Part shown: piece after piece, positions 53,147 to 62,685 of the stretch
How positions within the stretch are numbered: position 1 is the first letter of the stretch
Layout: every line of letters begins with the position of its first letter
DNA from: Candidatus Taenariivivens baikalensis
Lineage (GTDB): Bacteria > Omnitrophota > Omnitrophia > Omnitrophales > Aquincolibacteriaceae
DNA length: 64,000 bases
Reading direction: 5' to 3'
NCBI GenBank assembly: GCA_009691445.1
Contig: SICL01000004.1
Location: 30,708-94,707 of the forward strand
The notes under the pieces: model-generated
What the model saw: the letters and a program-made list of their open reading frames with translations, nothing else
Told to the model about the DNA's origin: nothing
The model's database searches: none
Program-made: the position numbers and the translations under genes

Positions 53147-54739
53147 TTAATCCTGGTGGATAATTCCGGCAATTCGGCCAGACCTGATTTGAACGCGTAC
53201 ATGGGCAGACTGTGCTTTGGATCCCGAACGCACAGTATGAATCACCGCATCAAACACCTCTGCGCTGGATCCTAAATCAATCGTCGGCGAGTGAACATCC
53301 GCTGAACTGAGGTTTTTACCTTGGGCATTAACGAGATCCACATGATACGTCGTTTGCTCTGTGGTCCAAAACTTGTGATCTATCGCCAGATCTTTAAAGC
53401 TAAGCAATTGGTTTTGTAATGAAAAATCTTCCAGGGGAGAGGATGTTTCAAACCCGTATTTCCCAATCAGATCCCGGCGCTCAATAAGCACCTTGGCAAC
53501 GGTTTCGCTGTCCTCGGGCTTGGAAAGTTTTCCGGTTTTCACAATCGCACGAATATTCTCATCCGAAAAGGACATGATAATCTTGGTTGCCCAAAGCGCA
53601 TCCGCACGGGTTAAGTCCTTAAACGCGTAATGCGGCAGCTGGGTTTTGTATTTCGCGGGATCAAAATAACGGTTGTCAAAATAACCGACTGCCGGAGAAA
53701 CACTCATCAGATTTTCTCCCGTATCTTTCCAACGTTTTTGCCAGGGCTTTTTCCAAAATCCAAAAGAAAAAATGGCTTTCCCGGTATCACCATAATCCAC
53801 AAAATACTCGTGAGTGGCCATGGGAGGCTTGGCGCCGTTCGAAGAACTGCCTAGTGCATCCTGAAAATCCATCAGGTAATGTTTCAAAACTGGCTTTCCA
53901 TTGTCACTCACCAGAAGATCCTGCGTATTACCTTCCCGCAGGTCATCCTCACCTAACCAAGAACCAAAGACACGCAAAGCCCGAAGCGCCCGTAAGCAAT
54001 CATGATTAATTTTATCTTGAGGATCAGCGCTGCGGCGGCCTTGAAATCGAAAAACCCCTTTGTCTTCTCCTGCCGGTGTTTTTCTCGCGGAAGCCCGGTA
54101 ACGGCCTTCTTCGTCCTGGGGAACAAAAGTAATATATTGTTCAAAACGTTCCTGCGTTAGTTTTTTCTGAAAGCCGGTGTCGTCATAGACAGTCGCAGAG
54201 GGGGCAATGGAGACCTGCTTCAAGGTGAAGGTCGCAATTGTATATTGAGGAACTGAATAGCCAATCGCGTGAAAAAAACGGCTGGCGATGGAATCGGCGG
54301 ATGTCTGAAGCTCCAACGAGTCTTCGGAATCGAATTTCAAAAAATAAGCTCCTCCCTTGGAATCCTTGATAAAAAATCCAGGATGAAGACCGTTGAATTT
54401 GCCTTGAGTGATCGTAAGTCCGTTGCTGAAATCAGGGCCTTCATTTTCCGCAGGACCTTTGGCCAGCTCCTCAGCACTGAGGGGCTTGCGGGCGTGACGA
54501 TTCACAAAGAACGCTGAATCCGGAACTTCATCATAGGCATTAACATCCAGCGAACGGAGTTTTTTCTTGGCAACAAAGCGGTAAAGCCGGTCCAAATGAA
54601 GAAAATTGGTGCCTTCGTAGTAGACGTTCTGATTAAAAAGATCGGCGAAAAAACTGGTCTCTTGTGTTTTGATCTCTTGCGCAAAGGCAGGCGCCGACAG
54701 CGGAAGCGTTGCTGCAATCATGACAATGGCTATTGTCAT
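53147..54739 (-). CDS. secreted hypothetical protein (530 aa with signal peptide)
   Basis: The ATG at 54739 gives MTIAIVMIAATLPLSAPAFAQE, a classical signal peptide. I do not recognise the family. The track's longer N-terminus reads through repeat 54761-54830. Confidence 0.6.
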   Translation of the reverse strand: MTIAIVMIAATLPLSAPAFAQEIKTQETSFFADLFNQNVYYEGTNFLHLDRLYRFVAKKKLRSLDVNAYDEVPDSAFFVNRHARKPLSAEELAKGPAENEGPDFSNGLTITQGKFNGLHPGFFIKDSKGGAYFLKFDSEDSLELQTSADSIASRFFHAIGYSVPQYTIATFTLKQVSIAPSATVYDDTGFQKKLTQERFEQYITFVPQDEEGRYRASARKTPAGEDKGVFRFQGRRSADPQDKINHDCLRALRALRVFGSWLGEDDLREGNTQDLLVSDNGKPVLKHYLMDFQDALGSSSNGAKPPMATHEYFVDYGDTGKAIFSFGFWKKPWQKRWKDTGENLMSVSPAVGYFDNRYFDPAKYKTQLPHYAFKDLTRADALWATKIIMSFSDENIRAIVKTGKLSKPEDSETVAKVLIERRDLIGKYGFETSSPLEDFSLQNQLLSFKDLAIDHKFWTTEQTTYHVDLVNAQGKNLSSADVHSPTIDLGSSAEVFDAVIHTVRSGSKAQSAHVRVQIRSGRIAGIIHQD

Positions 54740-54760
54740 CCTAAGGCCTCTTTGCCTTAC

Positions 54761-54830
54761 GTCATTGCGAGGGAGCGGAGCGACCGCGGCAATCTCAGCG
54801 CTGAGATTGCTTCGCTTCGCTCGCAATGAC
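54761..54830. repeat. Family-A 70-bp element, a near-identical reverse-orientation copy of 34356-34425
   Basis: GTCATTGCGAGGGAGCGGAGCGAcCGCGGCAATCTcAGCGCTGAgATTGCTTCGCTTCGCTCGCAATGAC aligns to the reverse complement of the atpH-atpA copy with about 4 mismatches. Confidence 0.85.
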
Positions 54831-54833
54831 GAC

Positions 54834-56162
54834 TTAAAAGGGTGTGCTGGTTTTAACATAATAATTGGTTCCTTCATCTCCATGGGCCATTTCCAACGAC
54901 AGCAACACAACGTTTGCCAAACTCGTGCGAATCCCAACTCCATACGATTCACGCAAATTCTTTGATTTCAACTTGTCAAAATTTTTGAAGACCTGCCCTG
55001 AATCCAGAAATACCACGGCGTCCGTCTTCCAATCTCTGTATTCCCAAAGATTGTACCGATACTCTACATTGAAAACGACCATGCTGCGGTCTGTAAACCG
55101 GTTGTAGCGATAGGCCCGAAGGGTTTCGCTCATCTGGTCCGACATCCCGTAACCTCCAAGCCGCGCCATTTGATGAAAGGGCACAGAGTGTCCGTTTGTT
55201 TCAGAGTTATGTTCGCCGTAAGCACGAATCCCAAGTACGCGGCGCGGAGTGCCCAGCTTAAAATAATGACTGAGTTCCATTTCGTATTTGAAAAACTCGG
55301 CATTGGAACTGTAAAGACCCTGGTTATAGCTGAAGCCAAACTTTTGAAGACCGCCGGTTGTGGAATTTCCAGCCTGATCACGGGTATCACGCTTCGCCTC
55401 AGTTTTATAAACTAAAAGTTCATCCCCGTGAAGCCCGGGAATGCCGGCGCTGCCATTGAAAATACCACTGTTATAACGGCCCATCGATCCATCACGACCA
55501 TCCGCGATGTGTACATTGCGGTAGCCAAATTTAAAATCCAGGGAATGCGCCACGTCCGGCTTGTACCCAAGAAGATATTGAAGATTGGTTTCTTCCCGTT
55601 TGTACACATAACCATCTCCCCGGCTGGAATGGGGACCGATGCCATAGAAATGTTCCTGGGGATGGGTTTCATATTGAAAATACCCCTGAGTCCGGAATCC
55701 GGTTCCGCCGATGCGCTCTACGCCAAGACGCGATCCAACGTTAAAATTATAATGGGACGCAAAATGGATCCAGCTATCCGCCACCAAATCCGGAAAACGT
55801 TCCTTCTGATGAAGGGCCCTGACAAAATCAACTTCAGCGCCTATATCCAGACGCGCCAAGCTAATCAAATTGAGTTTTGGTGTCAGACCTTTTTTGCCTA
55901 GCGTGTCATACACCCACTGGATCTTTTCCATCACGTGGTGTTTTTCCATATAGACCAAGCTCTTATCCACGGGGTAACGCAGGATTTCAAAGGGATATTC
56001 CGGAAAATGCAGCAGACTTCGTTCAAACAGAGTGGCCTGTTTAGGTTCGCTCTGAAGCGGAGCATATTTATCGTAAGAACTATCCTGGGCAAACAACGGG
56101 GGCGAAGCAAGAAGCAACACGGCTGTAAAACGGATGATGGATAAGAATGATTTTTGTTTCAT
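54834..56162 (-). CDS. Omp85 (BamA/TamA/TpsB superfamily) outer-membrane beta-barrel protein, short form
   Basis: The ATG at 56162 gives the signal peptide MKQKSFLSIIRFTAVLLLASPPLFAQD. The C-terminal barrel has alternating aromatic/hydrophobic strands, a Gly-rich motif, and a terminal ...YVKTSTPF ending in Phe, as in the bacterial surface antigen D15 domain. Confidence 0.65.
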   Translation of the reverse strand: MKQKSFLSIIRFTAVLLLASPPLFAQDSSYDKYAPLQSEPKQATLFERSLLHFPEYPFEILRYPVDKSLVYMEKHHVMEKIQWVYDTLGKKGLTPKLNLISLARLDIGAEVDFVRALHQKERFPDLVADSWIHFASHYNFNVGSRLGVERIGGTGFRTQGYFQYETHPQEHFYGIGPHSSRGDGYVYKREETNLQYLLGYKPDVAHSLDFKFGYRNVHIADGRDGSMGRYNSGIFNGSAGIPGLHGDELLVYKTEAKRDTRDQAGNSTTGGLQKFGFSYNQGLYSSNAEFFKYEMELSHYFKLGTPRRVLGIRAYGEHNSETNGHSVPFHQMARLGGYGMSDQMSETLRAYRYNRFTDRSMVVFNVEYRYNLWEYRDWKTDAVVFLDSGQVFKNFDKLKSKNLRESYGVGIRTSLANVVLLSLEMAHGDEGTNYYVKTSTPF

Positions 56163-56292
56163 AGGGTAATAAAGTGTTTCTCGAAAAATATTTATCGGCT
56201 CCCGAGGATTTTCCTTAAGATTTATTTTTGATTCTTCAACTGCCGGACGCAGAAACAACTGGTGGGGCCAGGGCCAGCCGGACTTGGCCTCT

Positions 56293-56718
56293 TTAGTCGT
56301 TATCCGCCGGAAGGGTAAAGGCTTGAGGAATATGCCTGATTTCCGGAGCTCCCCGCCCGACAGATGACAGGCCGGCGTCTAGTGACCCGCTCACGGCAAT
56401 CACATCAAAGCCCGCGGGTTGGGAAGCAAAGCTCGGATGCGTTTTTAAATACCACTGCGCCAGCCGAATCAGCTTCTTTTGCTTGGCCGCGTGAACCGAT
56501 TCTTCGGGCCGTCCGAAGTGATCATTCGACCGTGTCTTAATTTCAACGAAGATAATCCGTCCATCCTTTTGAACAATCAAATCAATTTCACCGATTGTGC
56601 ACCGATAGTTTTTCTCCAAGATCTTGTAGCCTTGCTTCTTTAGATAACTGCAGGCTGCCGCCTCACCGCGGTCTCCGAGCGTATAACGAAAAGGTTTAGA
56701 GCTGGGTTTAAGCTTCAC
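56293..56718 (-). CDS. yraN: YraN-family (UPF0102) predicted endonuclease
   Basis: The ORF has GEAAACSYLKKQGYKILEKNYRCTIGEIDLIV...IIFVEIKTR, a PD-(D/E)xK-like motif. It shows the conserved synteny downstream of rnhB. Confidence 0.8.
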   Translation of the reverse strand: MKLKPSSKPFRYTLGDRGEAAACSYLKKQGYKILEKNYRCTIGEIDLIVQKDGRIIFVEIKTRSNDHFGRPEESVHAAKQKKLIRLAQWYLKTHPSFASQPAGFDVIAVSGSLDAGLSSVGRGAPEIRHIPQAFTLPADND

Positions 56719-57368
56719 CGCAGCGTCTCTTGAAAAAAGGCCCGGACCGGCGCAAAACTTCTACGATGAGCTTGGCTTGGTCCCAAAACCTTTAAGCTTG
56801 CCAAATGTTCTGGGGTTGGATAACCTTTATGTTTAGCAAACCCATACCCAGGATAAACCTGATCGAGACGTTCCATCCACTCATCACGAAACACCTTGGC
56901 TATAATCGAAGCCGCCGCAATGGAAGCCGACTTCGTATCCCCCTTCACAATGGCCTTTTGGGTCAGCGAAATATCAAGTTGCATATTGCCATCAATGAGC
57001 ACCAGATCGGGAATCTGATTCAGGGAAAGCAGGGCTTTTTTCATCGCGACTCGTGTCGCCTGATAAATATTGATCTGATCAATCATGGTTTCATCCACCA
57101 TGCCGATCCCCACAAAACTGCAGCGAATGATTTGGTGAAAAAGTTTCTGCCGCATCTTGGGCGATAATTGTTTGGAATCCTGCACAGGAAGGCGAGGTGC
57201 TTGAGGAAAAAAAATTACAGCCGCTGCCACCACGGGCCCCGCCAAAGGGCCGCGGCCAACCTCATCCACCCCCGCAATTAAAGAGTGAGAGGCCGGCAAA
57301 TGGCTACTATCAAAATCATGCAAGGGGTTAGACATTTCAGGGACAGACCTCGTTGACGCTTGTGTCAT
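56715..57368 (-). CDS. rnhB: ribonuclease HII
   Basis: The catalytic GVDEVGRGPLAGPVV motif is present. The ORF is 217 aa. Confidence 0.9.
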   Translation of the reverse strand: MTQASTRSVPEMSNPLHDFDSSHLPASHSLIAGVDEVGRGPLAGPVVAAAVIFFPQAPRLPVQDSKQLSPKMRQKLFHQIIRCSFVGIGMVDETMIDQINIYQATRVAMKKALLSLNQIPDLVLIDGNMQLDISLTQKAIVKGDTKSASIAAASIIAKVFRDEWMERLDQVYPGYGFAKHKGYPTPEHLASLKVLGPSQAHRRSFAPVRAFFQETLR

Positions 57369-57454
57369 TCCTGAACCCTTCGATTGTCATTCATCCGTCA
57401 GCCAGGGATCCGTCCTTCTCGGCGGAGGCTAGAAACACCTCAGAATGACATTCG
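57364..57454. repeat. Family-A element with CGATTGTCATTC / GAATGACATTCG inverted termini between rnhB and rplS
   Basis: A 12-bp inverted repeat (1 mismatch) flanks a roughly 55-nt loop. The GTCATTCC motif recurs. Confidence 0.6.
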
Positions 57455-57489
57455 TGGCCTAGAAAACACCCTTGTGCCCCGGCACTTCT

Positions 57490-57816
57490 TTACAGGATGA
57501 CTTTTTTCTTTCTCAAATAATAAAGCCGGGCGCGGCGGACCTTTCCCTTACGAACAATCTGAATCTTTTCGATGGTGGGAGAATAAAGGGGGAAAATCTT
57601 CTCAACCATGTCTCCGTGGGTTTCCTTAATCACGGAAAAAGTTTTTCCAGCGCCCTCTCCACGCTTGCGAAGGCACACGCCTTCAAAAACCTGGACGCGG
57701 GTTTTATCGCCTTCTTTGACTTTCAAATGAACCTTGAGCGTATCGCCCACCTGGAAATCTGCGACTTGTTTTTTCTGAAGTTCCTGATCAATCACTTGAA
57801 TCGCTTTAACTCTCAC
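57490..57816 (-). CDS. rplS: 50S ribosomal protein L19
   Basis: The L19 family ORF is 108 aa and follows trmD. Confidence 0.93.
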   Translation of the reverse strand: MRVKAIQVIDQELQKKQVADFQVGDTLKVHLKVKEGDKTRVQVFEGVCLRKRGEGAGKTFSVIKETHGDMVEKIFPLYSPTIEKIQIVRKGKVRRARLYYLRKKKVIL

Positions 57817-57848
57817 GGTGCACTCCTCTTTTTATTCAGTTTATATTA

Positions 57849-58523
57849 CTATTTCTTTAAGTCCGGTCGCTTTTTGATCGTCGCTTGCCTTGAAGCTTGT
57901 GCCCGCCATTTGGAAATCTTTTCGTGATGCCCGGAAAGCAGCACCTCCGGCACTAAAAATCCACGAAAATCCTGCGGCTTCGTGTACTGGGGATACTCGA
58001 GACCTTCTGTCTCAAAGCTCTCTTCCACAAGCGACTGTTCATTGCCCAAAACACCCGGAACCAGCCTTGATATCGCTTCCACCACACAGAGCGCCGGGGC
58101 TTCGCCTCCCATGGTGATAAAATCACCCACGGAAATTAACTGATCCGCCAAATGCCCGTGCACCCGGTGATCCACCCCTTCGTAATGCCCCGCAATTAAA
58201 ATTATTTGCGACTTCTTGGCTAGGGAACGAGCCATTTTCTGGGTGAAGGGTTCTCCCGTGGGATCCATCACAATCACCCATCCGCCTTTTTTGCGGATCT
58301 TCTCCACGCATTCAAAGATCGGCTCAGGTTTCATCACCATCCCGGGACCACCACCAAACGGCTTGTCATCCACGGTTTTGTGGCGATCGTGAGTATAGTC
58401 CCGAAGATTATGCGTCCGGATCTGAATCAGGCCTTTTTTCTGCGCCTTACCCAAAATTGATTCGCGAAGTGGCCCGTCAAAAAATGACGGAAAAATCGTC
58501 ACCAGATCAATTTCAAGAGACAT
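57849..58523 (-). CDS. trmD: tRNA (guanine37-N1)-methyltransferase
   Basis: The SPOUT-fold TrmD sequence (224 aa) is in the canonical rpsP...trmD-rplS context. Confidence 0.92.
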   Translation of the reverse strand: MSLEIDLVTIFPSFFDGPLRESILGKAQKKGLIQIRTHNLRDYTHDRHKTVDDKPFGGGPGMVMKPEPIFECVEKIRKKGGWVIVMDPTGEPFTQKMARSLAKKSQIILIAGHYEGVDHRVHGHLADQLISVGDFITMGGEAPALCVVEAISRLVPGVLGNEQSLVEESFETEGLEYPQYTKPQDFRGFLVPEVLLSGHHEKISKWRAQASRQATIKKRPDLKK

Positions 58524-58540
58524 AAGTTTTTAGAGGATTT

Positions 58541-58700
58541 GTCATTCCCGCGCCACCGCCTATGACGGGGTCCCGTCCGAAGGCGGGAAAAGCGGGAATC
58601 CAGGCTGTTAAAAACTGGATCCCCAATAAAAAATTTTCGCCAGCGAACGAATCCGTCCATTTTTGGGCGAATTGGGGATGACATCCCGGAAAAATTTCCG
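58541..58700. repeat. Family-A element cluster: GTCATTCCCGCG...GCGGGAATCC hairpin plus GGGATGACATCCC and TCCCGGAAAAATTTCCGGGA palindromes. It occupies the position where rimM is normally found.
   Basis: Inverted repeats are read directly from the sequence. No rimM-like ORF lies between rpsP and trmD. Confidence 0.6.
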
Positions 58701-58709
58701 GGAGCCCTG

Positions 58710-58961
58710 TCACTTTTTAGCTTTCTTATTACTGCGCTTGATCAACGTTTTAATGGTGTCCGATGCTTGAGCGCCCTGACTTAACCAGTACTCCAAACGA
58801 TCTTGCTTCACCACAAATTTCTCGTCCTTGGGAAGCGGGTCATAATAACCGATCTCTTCAATAAACCGACCATCCCGGGGCATTTTGGCTTCACTCACCA
58901 CAATGCGCCAAAAGCTGCGGTTATTCGTGCCGCAACGTTTCATGCGAATTTTAACTGCCAA
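58710..58961 (-). CDS. rpsP: 30S ribosomal protein S16
   Basis: The S16 family ORF has a TTG start preceded by an AAGGAGG Shine-Dalgarno. Confidence 0.9.
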   Translation of the reverse strand: MAVKIRMKRCGTNNRSFWRIVVSEAKMPRDGRFIEEIGYYDPLPKDEKFVVKQDRLEYWLSQGAQASDTIKTLIKRSNKKAKK

Positions 58962-58980
58962 TGGATCCTCCTTTTAAATA

Positions 58981-59056
58981 GCTTTCAGCTATCAGTCTTC
59001 AGCTATCAGCAAGGTTGACTGAAAGCTGTTAGCTGACGGCTGAAAGCTGTTAGCTG
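58981..59056. repeat. Two short tandem direct repeats: TCAGCTATCAG twice (14-bp period) and CTGAAAGCTGTTAGCTGACGG about twice (21-bp period)
   Basis: Read directly from the sequence between the murA stop and the rpsP start. The first repeat half is related by reverse complementarity to the second (GCTTTCAGC vs GCTGAAAGC). Confidence 0.8.
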
Positions 59057-59058
59057 CC

Positions 59059-60324
59059 TTACTCTTTCGCTCTTTGGATTTTTGCTCCTAGAGCGGTTAA
59101 CTTCTCTTCGATTTTTTCATATCCGCGGTCTAAATGATAGACGCGGTGTACTTCGGTTTCGCCGTCAGCCACAAGACCTGCGATCACAAGCGCTGCGCTT
59201 GCTCTGAGATCGGAGGCCATCACCGGCGCTCCGCTTAAACGCTTAACGCCATGAATAATGGCGCTAGGCCCTTCCAGGAAAATTTTTGATCCCATCCGGT
59301 TCAGCTCACTCACATGCATGAAACGGTCCGGATAAATTTTTTCCGTAATCACACTGATGCCCGGCGTAATCGCCATGAGCGCCATCATTTGCGCTTGAAG
59401 ATCCGTCGGAAAGCCCGGATAAGGAAGCGTCGTCACATCCACCGACTTTAACCTGCCGGTTCTCCGGACATGCATCGCATTTTTCTTTTCTGAAATCCGG
59501 ACACCTGCCTGAAGCAGCTTATCCATCACGACATGATGATGCTGCGCTTCCACATTACGAATCATCACATCTCCGCCGGTCATGGCTGCAGCCATCATAA
59601 AGGTCTGCGCTTCGATCCGGTCGGGAATAATCCGGTATTTAACTCCGTGGAGTTTTTTCACTCCTTCGATTTCAATCCGGTGCGATCCTTCTCCGGAAAT
59701 TTTAGCGCCCATCTTCCTTAGAAAACGCGCTAAATCAACCACTTCCGGTTCGCTTGCTGCGCTCTCAATCGTTGTTCTTCCCTGAGCCAACACAGCAGCC
59801 ATCATAACATTGCCTGTAGCCAGCACGGAAGATCCAAACGATCCCCCTAGATAAATATTTCCGCCACGCAAATTTTTCTTAGCCTTGGCATGAACATATC
59901 CATGAACCGTATCAATCTCAGCTCCAAGGGCCTTAAAACCTTTCAAATGCAAATCGATCGGACGCGGGCCAATCACGCAGCCGCCGGGTAAAGAGACTTC
60001 CGCGCGGCCCGTCCGTGCTAAAAGCGGCCCAAGCACGCAGACCGAAGCACGCATTGTGCTGACCAACTTATACGGAGCCACCGGATTCAGACCCTTGCCT
60101 GCCCGAATCAAGACCGAACCATCTTGATAAAGCGCCTTGGCTCCCAAAGACCGAAGGAGCTTGATCATCGTGTGGACATCACGGAGATCCGGAACGCCTT
60201 CGATCACGGTTTCATCTTCGGTCAGAAGAGAGGCCGCCATAATCGGAAGCGCAGAATTTTTTGCTCCCGACACATTGACTTCTCCCCGAAGTCTGCATCC
60301 GCCCTGAATGATGATTTTTTCCAT
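59059..60324 (-). CDS. murA: UDP-N-acetylglucosamine 1-carboxyvinyltransferase
   Basis: The 421-aa EPT-fold ORF has the N-terminal MEKIIIQGGCRLRGEVNVSGAKNSALPIMAASLL and the active-site region. Confidence 0.95.
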   Translation of the reverse strand: MEKIIIQGGCRLRGEVNVSGAKNSALPIMAASLLTEDETVIEGVPDLRDVHTMIKLLRSLGAKALYQDGSVLIRAGKGLNPVAPYKLVSTMRASVCVLGPLLARTGRAEVSLPGGCVIGPRPIDLHLKGFKALGAEIDTVHGYVHAKAKKNLRGGNIYLGGSFGSSVLATGNVMMAAVLAQGRTTIESAASEPEVVDLARFLRKMGAKISGEGSHRIEIEGVKKLHGVKYRIIPDRIEAQTFMMAAAMTGGDVMIRNVEAQHHHVVMDKLLQAGVRISEKKNAMHVRRTGRLKSVDVTTLPYPGFPTDLQAQMMALMAITPGISVITEKIYPDRFMHVSELNRMGSKIFLEGPSAIIHGVKRLSGAPVMASDLRASAALVIAGLVADGETEVHRVYHLDRGYEKIEEKLTALGAKIQRAKE

Positions 60325-60327
60325 ATC

Positions 60328-61206
60328 TTATTTCTTTTGAGCGGCGATGACGCGATCCACGCCCAAATAATCTTTCGTGATCTCAATCTCTTGATACAAA
60401 CCGCTTAATTCCAGGGTTTTCCGGATCGCCTGGGACTGATGAATTCCCATTTCCATCACAAGCCATCCGCCCGCGTTCAAGCGATCGGCGCTGTCCGCAA
60501 TCAACCGCCGGTAAAAATCCAAGCCGTCGCTTCCGCCGTAAAGTGCTTCACGCGGTTCATAACGAAGTTCAGGTTCCATCTGCTCCAGATCCGCGGCAGA
60601 TAAGTAAGGAGGATTGGAAACGACCAGATCCCACTTTTGATCGGAGACCAAGTCCTGAAATAAATCAGACCGCAAGAGCGTTGCGCGGTCTTCGAGTCCA
60701 TGCTGCCGGATATTTTTCCCGGCAAACTCCAGAGCTTCCAAAGATAAATCCACCAGGGTTGCCTGGACTCTGGAATCATTTTTTAAAAGAGCAATCGCAA
60801 TCGCGCCGGATCCTGTTCCCAGATCCAAGAACGAAACTGGCCGCGGCAGAGTTTTTATTTTCTCACCGGCGACCTGGACAAGAATTTCTGTCTCGGGCCG
60901 CGGCACCAAACATCCGGGACCCATGGCCAATTTTTCATTCCAAAAAAAACTTTCCCCTAAAATATACGCGAGGGGTTCGCGAAGAATGCATCGTTCGACC
61001 CATCCCCGGAAAAGCGCTTCCTGATCCGGTGAAACCGGCAGGTGCTTCTGGAGATAAACGTCGCTCCGGCTTAAACCCAGCAAATGCTCAAGCATCCACT
61101 CGCAGGACGCCTGAGCCTCAAGATCACCCAAGGGAGTAAGTTTCTCTTTCCCCCATTGAAAAAGATCCTGCACCTTCGGCAAGGGAATGGGAGGGGAAAA
61201 CGTCAA
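60328..61206 (-). CDS. prmC: release factor glutamine methyltransferase
   Basis: The N5-glutamine MTase NPPY motif (VVSNPPY) and the AdoMet motif LDLGTGSG are present. It lies downstream of prfA. Confidence 0.9.
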   Translation of the reverse strand: MTFSPPIPLPKVQDLFQWGKEKLTPLGDLEAQASCEWMLEHLLGLSRSDVYLQKHLPVSPDQEALFRGWVERCILREPLAYILGESFFWNEKLAMGPGCLVPRPETEILVQVAGEKIKTLPRPVSFLDLGTGSGAIAIALLKNDSRVQATLVDLSLEALEFAGKNIRQHGLEDRATLLRSDLFQDLVSDQKWDLVVSNPPYLSAADLEQMEPELRYEPREALYGGSDGLDFYRRLIADSADRLNAGGWLVMEMGIHQSQAIRKTLELSGLYQEIEITKDYLGVDRVIAAQKK

Positions 61207-62279
61207 AGGATTTCCTCTTTCAGCCTGCGCTGCTTCTCATCGTAAGCCAGGGCCGCAACAAGTTCGTCCAAATGGCCGTCTAAAATATCATTCAGGCTGT
61301 GTAAAGTCAAACCGATTCGATGATCCGTAACCCGTTGATCTGGAAAGTTATAGGTGCGAATTTTCCCGGAACGATCGCCGCTTCCGATTTGGTCTTTTCG
61401 CTTTTTGGCCATTTCGTCGTGCTGCTGCTGCTGTTTGGCATCAAAAAGCCGGGCCCGGAGCACCCTCATGGCCTTTTCCTTATTCTTATGCTGAGAACGC
61501 TCATCCTGGCAGGACACAACCACGCCCGTCGGCATATGGGTAATACGGACCGCAGATTCGGTCTTGTTCACATGCTGACCCCCAGCGCCCGAGGCCCGGA
61601 ACACATCGATCCTTAAATCCACAGGATTGATAATGATCTCTGTCTCGGTAGCTTCAGGCAGCACAGCCACTGTGACCGCAGAGGTATGAACCCTCCCGCT
61701 GGCTTCGGTCGCGGGCACACGCTGAACCCGGTGGATCCCCATTTCATATTTCAACTTGCCATAAGCATCATCCCCGCTGACCCCGAAAATGATTTCCTTA
61801 AATCCGCCGATTCCGGTCGGATTGGAGTCCATCACTTCAGTCACGAGCCGGTGATCCACGGCAAACCGCGAGTACATCCGGAAAAGATCTGCGGCAAAAA
61901 GCGCGGCTTCATTTCCGCCTGTCCCCGCCCTGATTTCCATAATCACATCGCGGGACTGGTTCGGATCATCGCCTTTTAAAAGCAGGTCTTCAATTTTGGT
62001 AACGATTTCCTGCCTTGTTTGAGAAAGAACGCGCTGCTCATCCTGATAAAGAGACTTCATCTCTGTATCCAGGCCCTTATCCAACAATGCATCGGTCACC
62101 GTTTTAAGCTCCCGGTCAATTTTGAGAAAATCCTCGTAGGCAATGACCACCGGTCTTAAACCCGCCAGCTCTTTGGAGAGCTTTTGGTACTGAGACTGCG
62201 CCACCGATGGATCGGAAAGCTGCTGTTCCAGTTCCTTGGAACGCGCAAAAATCTTCTCGAGTTTCGGAAGTAAAATCAT
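61203..62279 (-). CDS. prfA: peptide chain release factor 1
   Basis: The GGQ motif ([13 protein letters not shown]) is present, and the PxT-type RF1 context (PATE in [17 protein letters not shown]). Confidence 0.95.
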   Translation of the reverse strand: MILLPKLEKIFARSKELEQQLSDPSVAQSQYQKLSKELAGLRPVVIAYEDFLKIDRELKTVTDALLDKGLDTEMKSLYQDEQRVLSQTRQEIVTKIEDLLLKGDDPNQSRDVIMEIRAGTGGNEAALFAADLFRMYSRFAVDHRLVTEVMDSNPTGIGGFKEIIFGVSGDDAYGKLKYEMGIHRVQRVPATEASGRVHTSAVTVAVLPEATETEIIINPVDLRIDVFRASGAGGQHVNKTESAVRITHMPTGVVVSCQDERSQHKNKEKAMRVLRARLFDAKQQQQHDEMAKKRKDQIGSGDRSGKIRTYNFPDQRVTDHRIGLTLHSLNDILDGHLDELVAALAYDEKQRRLKEEIL

Positions 62280-62593
62280 GGATTCTGGATAGCGGCTTTA
62301 TCCTTGGCAGCCTGAAGCTTCTCTCGAATCGAAAGCTTTGCGCCAAATGCTTGCTCAGGCGCCTTGGGTTTTTTAACCGGAGCAGGAGCCGCGCCTGAAA
62401 CGAACTTTTTATTGAAACGGTCGATACGGCCTGCAATATCCATCACTTTCTGTTTTCCCGTAAAAAACGGGTGACAACTGGAGCAGACGTCGACCCTAAT
62501 GGATCCCTTAATCGTGCTTTGTGTCTGAAAAGAATTTCCGCAGGCGCACTGCAGCGTAACGGGTCCATATTCTGGGTGAATTTCTGTTTTCAT
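62276..62593 (-). CDS. rpmE: 50S ribosomal protein L31 with roughly 40-aa Lys/Ala/Pro-rich C-terminal extension
   Basis: The core is [27 protein letters not shown]...[10 protein letters not shown]. The ATG at 62593 is preferred. The track's longer ORF begins inside the family-B hairpin. Confidence 0.88.
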   Translation of the reverse strand: MKTEIHPEYGPVTLQCACGNSFQTQSTIKGSIRVDVCSSCHPFFTGKQKVMDIAGRIDRFNKKFVSGAAPAPVKKPKAPEQAFGAKLSIREKLQAAKDKAAIQNP

Positions 62594-62685
62594 AAAACTC
62601 CCTTTCTTGATTAAGTTAAAATCCCAAAAACCAAACAACAAATTATTGGCATTTTGGATTTGGCGCTTGGAATTCTCTTTGGAAT
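62594..62685. repeat. Family-B long imperfect hairpin between rho and rpmE, in the same polarity relative to transcription as the atp copies
   Basis: The minus strand reads AAATTCCAAAGAGAATTCCAAGCGCCAAATCCAAAATGCCAA ... TTTGTTGTTTGGTTTTTGGGATTTT. It shares GGATTTGG, CTTGGAATT and TTGGAATTT words with 38469-38560. Confidence 0.7.

Noticed and set aside
53147-54952. The 601-aa and 474-aa versions of the two outer-membrane/secreted ORFs as given by the ORF track
   Set aside because: The extra N-terminal residues read straight through the family-A repeat 54761-54830 (and, for the second ORF, through upstream non-coding sequence). They precede clear internal Met-plus-signal-peptide starts at 54739 and 56162, so the shorter forms are annotated.
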